A stretch of 64,000 nucleotides of DNA from Thainema sp. GTDB lineage: Bacteria > Cyanobacteriota > Cyanobacteriia > Phormidesmidales > Phormidesmidaceae. Below the pieces are notes generated by a model. That model saw only the letters and a list, made by a program, of their open reading frames with translations. It searched no databases and was not told where the DNA came from. The stretch spans positions 256,001 through 320,000 of the forward strand of contig JBQLZK010000002.1 of the NCBI GenBank assembly GCA_052168235.1. The letters are read 5' to 3'. The number at the start of each line of letters is the position of its first letter. Position 1 is the stretch's first letter. This document shows positions 7,759 to 18,077 of the stretch, piece after piece. A program made the translations under genes and the position numbers.

Positions 7759-9006
7759 ATGCGGGATATGCCAAGCGATCGAAGCATAGACAGCACGTTA
7801 GCATTAGCATCGGAGGGATACTGTTTCATCTCTAATCGCTGCGATCGCTACCAGTCTGAGATTTTTCAAACGCGGCTGCTGTTGCAAAAAGCGATTTGCT
7901 TTCGGGGAGAAGAAGCGGCCAAAGTTTTTTACGATACCAGTAAATTTTCACGCCAGAATGCCGCGCCCAAGCGAATTCAGAAAACGCTGCTGGGTGAGGG
8001 TGGTGTTCAGGGTTTAGACGGTGAAACCCATCGACAGCGCAAGCAGATCTTCATGTCGCTGATGACGCCGGAGCACATGGCTGAACTGACGGAACTGACG
8101 CAGCAACAGTGGCAGGCTGCGGCTCAAGCCTGGGAAACCTGCGATCGCATTGTGCTGTTTTATGAAGCCCATAAAGTTCTCTGCCGTGCGGTTTGTGCTT
8201 GGTCAGGTGTGCCGCTGCCTGAAGCAGACGTTGAGCAACGATCAGCCGATGTGGCGGCTATGATCGACGGATCGGCTGGTTTTGGGCTGCGCCACTGGCG
8301 AGCTAGGCAGGGGCGTAAAAAGTCCGAACAGTGGATTAAAAAGCTGCTGGAGCAGATCCGCGCCCGTGAACTAGACGTGCCGGAAAACAGCGCCGCCTAC
8401 GCGTTTGCTTGGCATCGTGACACCAACGGCAATTTGCTCGATAAACATGTGGCAGCCGTTGATTTATTAAATGTTTTGCGCCCCGTTGTTGCGATTTCGC
8501 GCTACGTTGTCTTCGCGGCTCTGGCACTCCATCAACATCCAGAATGCAACACTAAACTGCAAACTGAGGACGATTACATAGAGCTATTTACGCAAGAAGT
8601 TCGCCGCTATTATCCATTTTTTCCATTCGCCAGGGCTTATACTCGCCACGCTTTTGACTGGCATGATTATCATTTCCCCGCAGGAACACAGGTTTTACTG
8701 GATTTATACGGCACCAATCATGACCCCACTATATGGGAAGATCCAGAAAAATTTCAGCCAGAACGCTTTCGACACTGGAATGGCAGCGCCTTTAATTTCA
8801 TCCCGCAAGGTGGTGGTGATCACTACGTCAATCATCGCTGTGCTGGCGAGTGGATCACGATTCAAATTATGAAAATGACCCTAGATTTTCTGGTTAATTC
8901 CATCACTTACGACGTACCAGACCAGAATTTAGATACCCCTTTATCACGGCTACCCGCTTTGCCTAAGAGCCGATTTATAGTCAACAACATTGTTAGCTTA
9001 TCTTAA
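7759..9006 (+). CDS. Cytochrome P450, CYP152 fatty-acid peroxygenase family
   Basis: I-helix LNVLRP (Arg-Pro in place of the acid-alcohol pair), QEVRRYYPFFP, FIPQGGG and HRCAGE heme ligand. Confidence 0.9.
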   Translation: MRDMPSDRSIDSTLALASEGYCFISNRCDRYQSEIFQTRLLLQKAICFRGEEAAKVFYDTSKFSRQNAAPKRIQKTLLGEGGVQGLDGETHRQRKQIFMSLMTPEHMAELTELTQQQWQAAAQAWETCDRIVLFYEAHKVLCRAVCAWSGVPLPEADVEQRSADVAAMIDGSAGFGLRHWRARQGRKKSEQWIKKLLEQIRARELDVPENSAAYAFAWHRDTNGNLLDKHVAAVDLLNVLRPVVAISRYVVFAALALHQHPECNTKLQTEDDYIELFTQEVRRYYPFFPFARAYTRHAFDWHDYHFPAGTQVLLDLYGTNHDPTIWEDPEKFQPERFRHWNGSAFNFIPQGGGDHYVNHRCAGEWITIQIMKMTLDFLVNSITYDVPDQNLDTPLSRLPALPKSRFIVNNIVSLS

Positions 9007-9067
9007 AGAGTTTGCCTAACGTTAGGAAAATGTGGTGTCCGTTATTAGTTTAATTTGAGCCAATCTG

Positions 9068-9375
9068 CTAATCTATCTTATCTGAGGGTTCAGACGGTAA
9101 TATTCCATCTGCTAACCTGCCAATCATAAGCGGTGCAGAGGCACCAATATTAACTGCAACTATAGCGTTAAGTTCTACATCGCTTCGTAAATAAATACAA
9201 ACAAGACCGCCACCAGAAAAAATCATTAGAATTGTTATTATCCAATAACTTCTAGATTTCAACCAATCTGGCAGCTTTTTGAAACGACGAAATTTATAGA
9301 TCCCAACAAGTTCGCTGACAACACCTCCAAAAAATCCATAAAAAAAAACTCAGCCATCTCTTGCCATTCGGACAT
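9068..9375 (-). pseudogene. Small multi-TM membrane protein gene frameshifted in a T9 tract
   Basis: ATG at 9375 with GAGGTG RBS gives MSEWQEMAEFFF; adding one T at 9340-9348 joins it to YGFFGGVVSELVG...KSRSYWIITIL...; that frame has a TGA immediately before the tract. Confidence 0.7.
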
Positions 9376-9376
9376 T

Positions 9377-10813
9377 TTATAATGCACCTCGCTTATTAGC
9401 AAAACTATTATATATAGTCTTTGAAATAAAGACTCTGAGCAAAGACATTTTCTCTCTATGAGTAACTGGTTTTGAGAAAGAAGTATATAATACGTTTCCC
9501 TCACTATTAGGAACCATAGAGGCTCTAACATAGCGATTTGTATATCTCTCTAAAACAGACTGGACAAGTGATTCGTCTAGATTTGTTTCTGATGCTATCC
9601 CTTTTACAGTTCTAAAATCCCAATCCGGATTATTTACCGCGGCCAAAATTTTACTCTCCACAGCGGTTATATTCTCTACAATCTTACCTTGCCACTCAAA
9701 TATCGGGAATTTTGCATCAGAGGCTCGCTTGATACCAACAATGTATGCAGCTAATAAATACGAAATATTTTCGAGAAATTCAAGATCATTTTCTGTGAAC
9801 TTATGAATATAGCCTGTAAATAAAGATATAGTTCCTACCGATTCACCTTGGATAGCTAAAGGAAAGCATATAAAAGACTTTAACTTTTGTGCATGTATCC
9901 AATCTAGACTATGAAAACGCTTAATCTCTTTATCTATATCATTAATAATGATTGGTTCTTTTTTCTGATACGCCTCTCCAACCAAGTAGCCCTCTATCGA
10001 CCTTGGCTCAAGACCTTTTCCATTAAAAGATATATCCGAAGTGCATGAACGCTCAATGACAAAAAGTTTGTCCCCATGCCCCTCTCTTAAAATGCAGGCT
10101 TTATAGGGTGTTAGTGAACCAACAAATTGATCGGTTATCGATTTATATACTTCGCTCTGAGGAAATTTTCTATTATCAGGATCAGCTAATTTGCGGCTTA
10201 TATTTGCGTATATTCTGCTTTCTTGCTTTTTTCGAATTCGAGAAATTGCTGCTGAGACGTGTGCTCCTAAGACTGTTAACCAGCAGACTTCAGATTCTCT
10301 ATAAATTCCGTTGTTGTTGACGCTGGTACTGTTATAGCTGTATCTCTTGTTCAAAGTTTCTAAGGTTCCAAAAGTTCTATGAGTACCGTTTAGTGGAACT
10401 GAAACACCGCTTTTAAGAACTCCTAATTTTTCTAAATATGCAGAGCCGTATAAAAAATTTTCAATTTCATCTTCGAAGTTATTGATGTAATAAGTCTCTC
10501 CATAAGGAGAGCTAGAGTTAGAACTCCTTGGACGAGCAGCTTTACCCGAAAAGCTTTCTCCTGGCTTATATTCTTCACCCGAAAGCCAGTCGTTATCTAT
10601 AACTTGACCCTCAAAATCATAACCTTTTATTCGAATTCGCTTAAGAGTGTCATCTTTGGAGAACAAGAAAATAGAAATAACCTGAGGGTATAAATCTTTT
10701 TCTATTTTTTCGAATGTTATATCAATAACTTCTTCTAAGGAATCACATCTCAGGAGCCTATTCCCAAATTCTCGAAGCTCATAAACTTCTTCTAACCTTA
10801 TTTCAGCGTGCAT
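9377..10813 (-). CDS. Tandem GAF domain protein with a C-terminal winged-helix-like domain
   Basis: GESFSGKAA..SVPL..FGTLETLNK and SFICFPLAIQGESVGTISL..FTENDLEFL GAF patterns; WDFRTVKGIASETNL tail. Confidence 0.75.
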   Translation of the reverse strand: MHAEIRLEEVYELREFGNRLLRCDSLEEVIDITFEKIEKDLYPQVISIFLFSKDDTLKRIRIKGYDFEGQVIDNDWLSGEEYKPGESFSGKAARPRSSNSSSPYGETYYINNFEDEIENFLYGSAYLEKLGVLKSGVSVPLNGTHRTFGTLETLNKRYSYNSTSVNNNGIYRESEVCWLTVLGAHVSAAISRIRKKQESRIYANISRKLADPDNRKFPQSEVYKSITDQFVGSLTPYKACILREGHGDKLFVIERSCTSDISFNGKGLEPRSIEGYLVGEAYQKKEPIIINDIDKEIKRFHSLDWIHAQKLKSFICFPLAIQGESVGTISLFTGYIHKFTENDLEFLENISYLLAAYIVGIKRASDAKFPIFEWQGKIVENITAVESKILAAVNNPDWDFRTVKGIASETNLDESLVQSVLERYTNRYVRASMVPNSEGNVLYTSFSKPVTHREKMSLLRVFISKTIYNSFANKRGAL

Positions 10814-11235
10814 AGTTCAAGTTGCTTTATTGCCTAAAGTTTTCTATTACTCTCGATCAAGCCGCTACTTATGCTTGCCCTTACATGCTGCTCAATTATT
10901 TAGAACCAAAATACAACTATAGCATTGAGCAAATATTTGAATTTTGGCTTCGTTCGCATTAAATCATATGGAGGCTTTTGTTTTAAATTTTGTTTTGAAT
11001 TCTTCATGTTTTCTTCTATGCAAAGATTATTGATTGTAGTTGAAAAGGTGTTTGTCACTTCGAAGGCTTTTGCTCCCACAGGTTAAGATGAAATTTTGCT
11101 TTGCCCAAATATTTAGGTTTAGATTACCAATGATCGCATAAAAAGTTTAAGCCCCTCTGGGAAGATCAGAGAGGCTTAGTCGGTGCATTCGAAGTTGTTT
11201 TGAAATGCGTGGGTGAAAGGTTGTAAACGAGAGAG

Positions 11236-11829
11236 TTAAGCGCCTGCGGGAGCAGTAGGAGCGTCGAGTTGGGCCAGAGCATAACGTGCGATCGCAAGGC
11301 TGAGTTGAGCCTTTTCCACGCCAGAGAGTTCTGTCCAAGCCGCGAACCGAACGGAGCGCAGCGCCACTTCCATCTTGGCTTCAGACTCTTGACTCCGCAT
11401 GGCAAATGCCATCGGACGAGCCATAATCTGTAGGTCATCCAGATCCCACTGAGGCAGAATTGACTGTACGCAATGCGCCAGTTGTTCTTCCAGTGGACGA
11501 GCCGATTCAACCAGATCGTGAACCCGCTGGGCAATAGTTTGCAGAAGCGTCTGCGGCATCCGCTCAGCAAATTGTTTTTGGAGCGCTTCTTCCAGCCATG
11601 ATGCCTCGATTTTGGCTGAGAGAGCATGCCACTGCTGAGACAATTCTGTTGCAGATAATTCTTCGCAGAGATAATCTAACTCTGCATCTAAATCTGCAAA
11701 ATAATTATCAGCTTCTGGTGCATTCGGCAACCAAGGATAAGAGCGATCGGCTGTAAATAGACGTTCAATTAGCGCCTTTTCAGCTTCAGTTTGGACGTTG
11801 TTGGAATCAGAGGTGTAGTTGTAAGTCAT
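11236..11829 (-). CDS. Conserved cyanobacterial hypothetical protein
   Basis: 197-aa ORF with AGGAG RBS; YPWxP and LSLAIARYAL motifs; lies downstream of the CHAT gene. Confidence 0.75.
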   Translation of the reverse strand: MTYNYTSDSNNVQTEAEKALIERLFTADRSYPWLPNAPEADNYFADLDAELDYLCEELSATELSQQWHALSAKIEASWLEEALQKQFAERMPQTLLQTIAQRVHDLVESARPLEEQLAHCVQSILPQWDLDDLQIMARPMAFAMRSQESEAKMEVALRSVRFAAWTELSGVEKAQLSLAIARYALAQLDAPTAPAGA

Positions 11830-12141
11830 GTTGCTTCTCCTGAATGCACCGACTAGATCTAACTGTTAATTAATGACCAAGTGACAAAAATAAAAAGAGC
11901 GAGATCTGATCAGAAACCCAATACGTATTTGTTAGTGAAAGGTTCCGGTTGGAACTTAACCGTGTGTTGTATGTCTGTAACTACATCTAGGTTAAGCAGC
12001 GTTCCGTAAATAATCAGCTAAGAAACCCCGATTTTTGTTTATGGCCTAATTTGAGCCATAGCATAGCGTGTCCGAGCCAGTTGGTAAATCGTCTACTCAG
12101 ACGAGTCTATGTTGATCCTGAAGAGGATATTGTTCCCAACC

Positions 12142-13794
12142 TTACTCTTCCTCAACGACGAATTCCCAGACTTTGCCTTGGGAACTACCGAATTTGAGCT
12201 GAGAGCCGGAGGGCAACACCACTTCCTGCCGATGGATACGCTGCCATCCTTTGGCGCTACGGATATAGGTACCGTAGTTGGAAAAGTCGCGGATGAAGTA
12301 GGTGGCCTGACCCTGCGCATTGGTGTTGTTATGGCGGTAAAAGATTTCAGCATGCTGGCGTGACACCCACTGCTCATCGTCAATCACCAGATCGTTTTCC
12401 GGACGCCGCCCGATTTGCATTTGGCCACCGTGAACCGTCCAGACTTTATTGCGATTACCCACCAAGCGCACCCAGGCGCGGCTTGGGCGATGGTTAATCG
12501 AGGTCGGCGAATCGATCGGAATACGGGTGGGCTCGTCCGCTCGTGTAGCTGGCACAACGAGCTGCCCATCAAATTCTGGATGCATGTAAAGAACGGGCAG
12601 CGTCCAGGCAGGGTGATTAAAGCGGTATAAGGTTAACAAATGCTGACGGGCAATCGCCATTGCCTGATCGACGGTGTGTCGTTTGGCCAGCGATTGGGCA
12701 AACACCTGAATAAAGCTGAGTGCTTCTTGATCTGCGATCGCATCTCGCATGCCAACAACCGCTGGCACGCCCTGATGGATTAGCACCTCGGCCAAGCTAC
12801 TGCGCGGAATAGCCTGCTGATTCTCATGACTGCGATCGGGAATCGCTCCCCAGCAGGCGTTAAACACTGCCAGCTTTACCTGACAGCGGGTGAGTACCTG
12901 CGCCAGTTCTGTGCCGTTCAGCGTGGAATTAGCCTGGAGAAACAGCAAGCCGCCATCCGCAGCGGGCATGCCGTGTCCAGCGTAGAAAAAGATGTTGTAT
13001 CGGCCCCGCTCCAGGTATTCCGTTAGCTTAGCCGCTGAGGGTTCAACCAGCGTATCGACCTGGCAGGGCACGGCATTGGTGAAGAACGACTCGCCGGGAA
13101 TTTGGGTGTGATGTTCCAGCAGTTGCTTCAGCATGGAAGCCTCTTGATCCAGGCTGAGCACTGCCGACTGCTGCGCCGTTACGTCTTGATCATGCCCTAG
13201 CACGAGCAGAATCCGCAGTTCTCGGTCAAGCGGACGCGTTTGCAGCGGATCAACGGCACTGGTCAAGCGGCTAAACAGGGTGTTCTGGCTGAGAGAAACG
13301 GCTTGCACACCCGCTTGCGCCTGCATAATCTCCCAGGGCAGAGCGGTCAAATGCGGATCGCGAATATCCAGCCGCAGCCGCATGGGCATTGACTGGCCAA
13401 AAGCAATACCCTGGCTCTTGGCTAAACTATTTTGAATTTCGCCGCTGAAAATCCACTTCCACAGATGAATGCCCAGATTTTGCATCAGCCGCCCTGTGTA
13501 GTTGAGCTGCGGCCCTTCTGCGGCCTCGCTATTGGGCGTTGTTGCCATCACCACCTGCGGCACAAAGGAGGATGGAATGTGAGGCACCTTGGGCAACTCA
13601 CGGGTCGTGAAGATTTCTTGCCATGCTTGTACGGCCTGCATGAGCTCATCGGTCAGGGTGCAGTCGCGCAGCGCATAGCAGTCGCTAAAAGGTGCTTGAG
13701 TGACCCAAATGGCGTAGCGATTTGGCTCACCATCGGTTTGGTGGGAGAGGCAGTCAATGGCTAATTCCAACGTAGGAAAGTCAGTTGGAGACAT
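12142..13794 (-). CDS. CHAT (HetF-like caspase-fold protease) domain plus C-terminal FHA domain protein
   Basis: LPWE, FFYAGHG (His) and VFNACWG (Cys); FHA motifs IGRRPENDLVI, VSRQHAEI and SNYGT. Confidence 0.88.
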   Translation of the reverse strand: MSPTDFPTLELAIDCLSHQTDGEPNRYAIWVTQAPFSDCYALRDCTLTDELMQAVQAWQEIFTTRELPKVPHIPSSFVPQVVMATTPNSEAAEGPQLNYTGRLMQNLGIHLWKWIFSGEIQNSLAKSQGIAFGQSMPMRLRLDIRDPHLTALPWEIMQAQAGVQAVSLSQNTLFSRLTSAVDPLQTRPLDRELRILLVLGHDQDVTAQQSAVLSLDQEASMLKQLLEHHTQIPGESFFTNAVPCQVDTLVEPSAAKLTEYLERGRYNIFFYAGHGMPAADGGLLFLQANSTLNGTELAQVLTRCQVKLAVFNACWGAIPDRSHENQQAIPRSSLAEVLIHQGVPAVVGMRDAIADQEALSFIQVFAQSLAKRHTVDQAMAIARQHLLTLYRFNHPAWTLPVLYMHPEFDGQLVVPATRADEPTRIPIDSPTSINHRPSRAWVRLVGNRNKVWTVHGGQMQIGRRPENDLVIDDEQWVSRQHAEIFYRHNNTNAQGQATYFIRDFSNYGTYIRSAKGWQRIHRQEVVLPSGSQLKFGSSQGKVWEFVVEEE

Positions 13795-13982
13795 TTGGGC
13801 GAATAGCTAATATGAGAATACTGGGCTGATGAGATGGTAGATGATAGTGCTCTATGACAATGCTTTATCAGTGTATCGGGTTCAGTTGTGGGTTGAACGC
13901 GCGATCGCAGAATTACACTGCTCAGATTGCCCAAATTCCCAAATTTATCTACATCTATGCTGTGTGTCAAACAGGAGTTGAA

Positions 13983-14708
13983 TCACGCTTCAGACACAGT
14001 CGCAACTTGGCCAATATCCTCCGGATGTAAATCTGCATGAACCACTTGCCCGTCGCGGAACCAGACAATGCGCTGGGTAAGCCGTGCCACTTCTGGTTCG
14101 TGGGTCACCATCACCACCGTCATGCCGCTGTGGTTGAGTTCGGCAAAGATATCCATCACTTCCTGGGTGGTCTGGGTATCCAGCGCACCCGTCGGTTCAT
14201 CGGCCAATAAGAGAACGGGGCGGTTGACAATGGCACGTGCGATCGCAACTCGCTGCTGCTGTCCACCGGAAAGCTGGCTCGGTTTGTTATCGAGGCGATT
14301 GCCGAGGCCAACTCGGGTGAGCGCTTCAGCGGCGCGTTCTTGCCGTTCGGAGCGAGGCACCCCGGCATAAACCATTGGCAGCATCACGTTTTCGATGGCC
14401 GTGAGCTGGGGCAGCAGGTGAAACTGCTGGAAGACGAAGCCAATTTTTTGATTGCGAATATGCGCCAGTTCCTGGTCGTCCAACTGCGCCACGTCAACGC
14501 CGTCCAGGAAGTAGCGTCCCGCACTGGGTCGATCCAGGCAACCGATTACGTTCATGGCCGTGGACTTACCGGAACCGGACGGCCCCATGATTGAGCAGTA
14601 TTCGCCCGCCGAAACCACTAAGTTGACGTGGAAGAGGGCGCGCACTTCGGTGTTGCCAGAGCCGTAGATCTTTGAGATATCTTCGAGAGAGATGATGGTT
14701 TGAGGCAT
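13983..14708 (-). CDS. ABC transporter ATP-binding protein (MacB/LolD family)
   Basis: [22 protein letters not shown] and LADEPTGALD. Confidence 0.93.
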   Translation of the reverse strand: MPQTIISLEDISKIYGSGNTEVRALFHVNLVVSAGEYCSIMGPSGSGKSTAMNVIGCLDRPSAGRYFLDGVDVAQLDDQELAHIRNQKIGFVFQQFHLLPQLTAIENVMLPMVYAGVPRSERQERAAEALTRVGLGNRLDNKPSQLSGGQQQRVAIARAIVNRPVLLLADEPTGALDTQTTQEVMDIFAELNHSGMTVVMVTHEPEVARLTQRIVWFRDGQVVHADLHPEDIGQVATVSEA

Positions 14709-14714
14709 GGGAAC

Positions 14715-15041
14715 GTGAAACGCTATATTTTGCAGGTGGTGTTGCTGTTGGCAACGATTATTCCAGGCACGGTCGGTGTGGTTATCTTTGGCTACTATGC
14801 CCTGGTGGATTGGGATGCGTTGCAGGCAGCTTATGTCAACTTCAGAGCTGCGGTGCAGAGTTCCTCACCGTTTGAGACGATTTTTGCAGCCGAGGCTCAG
14901 CAAAATATTCATCGCATTAATCTATTTGCCGATGGCGTATGGACGCTGCTGAGTGCCATTCTAGCCGCCATTGGCTGGCTGGGGCTTTACCTGGGTAGTT
15001 TCGTTGCGGTGCGAAAACGCGATCGCAGATCAATCCATTAA
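14715..15041 (+). CDS. Small hypothetical membrane protein
   Basis: Two hydrophobic segments; fills the gap between the ABC genes on the opposite strand; GTG start inferred. Confidence 0.6.
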   Translation: MKRYILQVVLLLATIIPGTVGVVIFGYYALVDWDALQAAYVNFRAAVQSSSPFETIFAAEAQQNIHRINLFADGVWTLLSAILAAIGWLGLYLGSFVAVRKRDRRSIH

Positions 15042-15059
15042 TCGATGGGTGCGAGATCT

Positions 15060-15126
15060 GTAGGGGCGGGTTTAGCCGTCAAGTGATGGGTCTCAATCGA
15101 AATGGATCAACAAAACCCGCCCTTAC
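15060..15126. repeat. GTAG-type REP doublet (REPIN-like)
   Basis: GTAGGGGCGGGTTT...AAACCCGCCCTTAC; sister copy at 22171-22237. Confidence 0.85.
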
Positions 15127-15177
15127 GGGGTGTGAATCACAGAATCGGGATGTGAATCACGGGATATCGACCACCAA

Positions 15178-16398
15178 TTATGCACTTCTCAGCGCCACAA
15201 TCGGGTCGAGCTTAGCGGCCTGTTGCGCTGGGACAACACCAAAGAAGAGGCCGATGCCGCCAGAGACAACAACCGCAACCACGATCGCATTGGTGGAAAC
15301 TCCGGGATTGAACGGTGTCGCCACGCCAATTGCCAAACTGCCGCCCACGCCGATGAAGGTACCCATCAGGCCACCCACGGCAGAGAGAATCACTGCCTCG
15401 ATCAGAAACTGCACCAAAATATCCTGGCTGGATGCCCCAATTGCTTTGCGGAGGCCAATTTCCTGAGTCCGTTCCCGCACGGAAACTAGCATAATGTTCA
15501 TGATGCCGATGCCGCCGACCAGCAGCGAGATACCTGCGATCGCAGCTAGCATAGCGGTCAATGCACCCGTAATCGTCCCCGTAAACTCCAGGAGGTCTTT
15601 CTGGCTGCGGACAGAAAAATCATCTTCATCGGTGATGTTGTGGCGCAGGCGCAGCAGGTTCGTAATCTGAAATTCAGCAGCGCCCATCTTGCTTTCTTCG
15701 GCGACGGAAACGGCCAGATAGGTCAGCTCAACACCATAGGGCGACGTGCGGCCCACAATCCGCTCCGAGAGCGTGGTCAGCGGCACCAACACGGTATCGT
15801 CATAGTTGACGCCGCCCAGAGATGAGCCTTTTTCTTCTAGAACGCCGATTACTTCAAAGCTGACGTTTTTCACGCGAATTCGCTGGCCAACAGCTTCCTG
15901 TTCCTGGAATAGGCGTTCTGCGAGGGAGGAACCCAGAACGGCAACGGGCGCACTGCGGCGCATATCGTCTTCGGTGATAAACTGGCCTCGCTCAACGACA
16001 GTGTTGCGGACGACCGGAAAGCCAGGGGTGGTGCCGACAATCGTTTCGGTGGCGCTGCGGTTACGGTAGGTGATTAGCCCCCGGTCGTTATACTCGGGCG
16101 CAACGCCGCGTATGGAAGCGACCTGGTCTTTAATTGCGATCGCATCTGCTAGCACCAGGGTTTTCGGCACGTTGAACGTGGCCCGCTGGGTTTCCTGATT
16201 ACCGGGCACGACAAAGAGTACATTCGGGCCAAGGCTTTCAATTTCCTGTGCAACGAAATCCTGCGCCCCTTTACCAATGCCGACCATCGCAATCACGGAT
16301 GCGTTGCCGATGATGATACCCAGCATGGTCAGGGTGCTGCGGAGCTTATTGGCGGTGAGGGTCTTAACCGCCATGTTGAGACTTTCGCGGAGATCCAT
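15178..16398 (-). CDS. ABC transporter permease (MacB/FtsX family)
   Basis: LRSTLTMLGIIIG and GGIGIMNIMLVSVRERTQEIGLRKAIGA; start placed at MDLRESL. Confidence 0.93.
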   Translation of the reverse strand: MDLRESLNMAVKTLTANKLRSTLTMLGIIIGNASVIAMVGIGKGAQDFVAQEIESLGPNVLFVVPGNQETQRATFNVPKTLVLADAIAIKDQVASIRGVAPEYNDRGLITYRNRSATETIVGTTPGFPVVRNTVVERGQFITEDDMRRSAPVAVLGSSLAERLFQEQEAVGQRIRVKNVSFEVIGVLEEKGSSLGGVNYDDTVLVPLTTLSERIVGRTSPYGVELTYLAVSVAEESKMGAAEFQITNLLRLRHNITDEDDFSVRSQKDLLEFTGTITGALTAMLAAIAGISLLVGGIGIMNIMLVSVRERTQEIGLRKAIGASSQDILVQFLIEAVILSAVGGLMGTFIGVGGSLAIGVATPFNPGVSTNAIVVAVVVSGGIGLFFGVVPAQQAAKLDPIVALRSA

Positions 16399-16484
16399 AG
16401 TTGGGGGAGAGTGAGTGACTTGAACAGTTGGTGAGAGATATGGGTAGAATACTGTAGCGTTAGCGTCATGCACCGCCGCCCAGC

Positions 16485-17849
16485 TTATTCCTCTGCTGCA
16501 TCGTCAGCCGGACGGGTACCAAATTTAAGGTTTTCCAAATCCTGGCCGGGGGGCAAATCGATTAAAACGCGATCGCCTGCTGACACACCTTCAAGAATCT
16601 GGGTTTGCCCATCTACTGTTTGTCCGGTCACAATCGGCTGGAAGCGAATATCTGTCTCATCTTCATTTGGCACCAGTACGCCTTTCTCTCCGTCAATCGT
16701 GACGATGGCAACCGAGGGCACCAGCAGCGCTTCATCCACCGGATCGCCTAAGAAAGTCACGTCCACGTTCATGCCGGAGCGGAGCTGATCTTGGCCTGTT
16801 AGTAAGTCCACCCGCACCTGAAACAGCGTCACGGTTTGCCGCACAATCGCTTCCGGAGCCACGAGGTGAACTTCACCCGTGAACACTGCATCGGGAAAGG
16901 CATCGGCAATAATTTCTACTTTCTGCCCCGGCTGAATCTGGCCGATATCTTCTTCGGGCACTTCGGCAATAATTTCTAGGCCTTGCGCGATCGCAACTAC
17001 AGCGGTCGAAGTGGCAGAACTTGCCTCCGATGCAGAGGTGGTGGGCGTTACAAATGCCCCTTCAGTGGCGTATTTCTGAGTGATAATGCCGTCAAAGGGA
17101 GCGCGAATGTAGGAATCTTCAAGCTGTACTTCTACGGCCTGCTGGCGGGCTTGGGCCTCGGCCAGTTGAGCTTCATTACGGCGAATCGTTTCTTCCCGAC
17201 TGCCGCTTTGGACTAAATTCAGCCGCTCTTGGGCATCTTGCAGCGTCGCCTGTGCCTGAGCGAGACTGGCGCGGGCGCTGTCCGCTTCGTTACGAGCCGC
17301 GTCCAGATCATCTTGTGCGATCGCACCTTCATTCACCAGATACTGACTGCGATTCAGCCGCGATTCAGCTAATTGCACACGGGATTGGGCCGATTCTACC
17401 TGCCCTTGCGCCTGACGCACCCCTGCTTCGGCCTGCGCTACTTCTTGAGGACGGCTACCGGATCGGGCTTCGTCTAACTGGGCCTGGGCTTGGGCCACAG
17501 ATGCTTCCGCTTGTCGCAACTGGGCTTGAATATCCTCGCTTTCCATGCGGGCAACCACTTGGCCTTGGCTGACGCGATCGCCCTGTTCAACGTAGAGTTC
17601 AGCCACTCGACCAGCGGTTTTGGGGCTAATATTGACACTCTGCACGGGCTGCACTGTGCCGCTGGCGGTAATTCTCAGCGTAATCGATTCCGCTTCAACA
17701 GGCACCGTGAGTTCAGTCACATCTAGCGGCTGAGCCTGATTGCGCATGATGGCAATGGTGCCAGCAGTCGTCCCAATTAGGCCAACGGCGACGAGGCCGA
17801 TTATCCAGGGAAGCGGGCGTTTAACTTTGCCAATAAGGGGGAGCTGCAT
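16485..17849 (-). CDS. Efflux periplasmic adaptor / membrane fusion protein (HlyD/MacA family)
   Basis: N-terminal TM, lipoyl half-motifs VEQGDRV and IRAPFDG, long coiled coil. Confidence 0.9.
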   Translation of the reverse strand: MQLPLIGKVKRPLPWIIGLVAVGLIGTTAGTIAIMRNQAQPLDVTELTVPVEAESITLRITASGTVQPVQSVNISPKTAGRVAELYVEQGDRVSQGQVVARMESEDIQAQLRQAEASVAQAQAQLDEARSGSRPQEVAQAEAGVRQAQGQVESAQSRVQLAESRLNRSQYLVNEGAIAQDDLDAARNEADSARASLAQAQATLQDAQERLNLVQSGSREETIRRNEAQLAEAQARQQAVEVQLEDSYIRAPFDGIITQKYATEGAFVTPTTSASEASSATSTAVVAIAQGLEIIAEVPEEDIGQIQPGQKVEIIADAFPDAVFTGEVHLVAPEAIVRQTVTLFQVRVDLLTGQDQLRSGMNVDVTFLGDPVDEALLVPSVAIVTIDGEKGVLVPNEDETDIRFQPIVTGQTVDGQTQILEGVSAGDRVLIDLPPGQDLENLKFGTRPADDAAEE

Positions 17850-18077
17850 AGTGGAGGACATAAATTGCAATGGGAAAGATGCACGATCTCGATACGTTTA
17901 TACGGTAACGAGATTTCGCGGTGAAATGGAGCTGAGCAGTACAAATTCCAAACTGACTGGTATGTTAATTATAAAATTTGCGCCCGCTGAAAATCCTGAA
18001 TTGCAGGTAGGGGTTTCATCCCACTGCTAGAAAATTTGAGAGGTTAGGAGTGATGAGGAATGATGGCGCTTTGAGAC

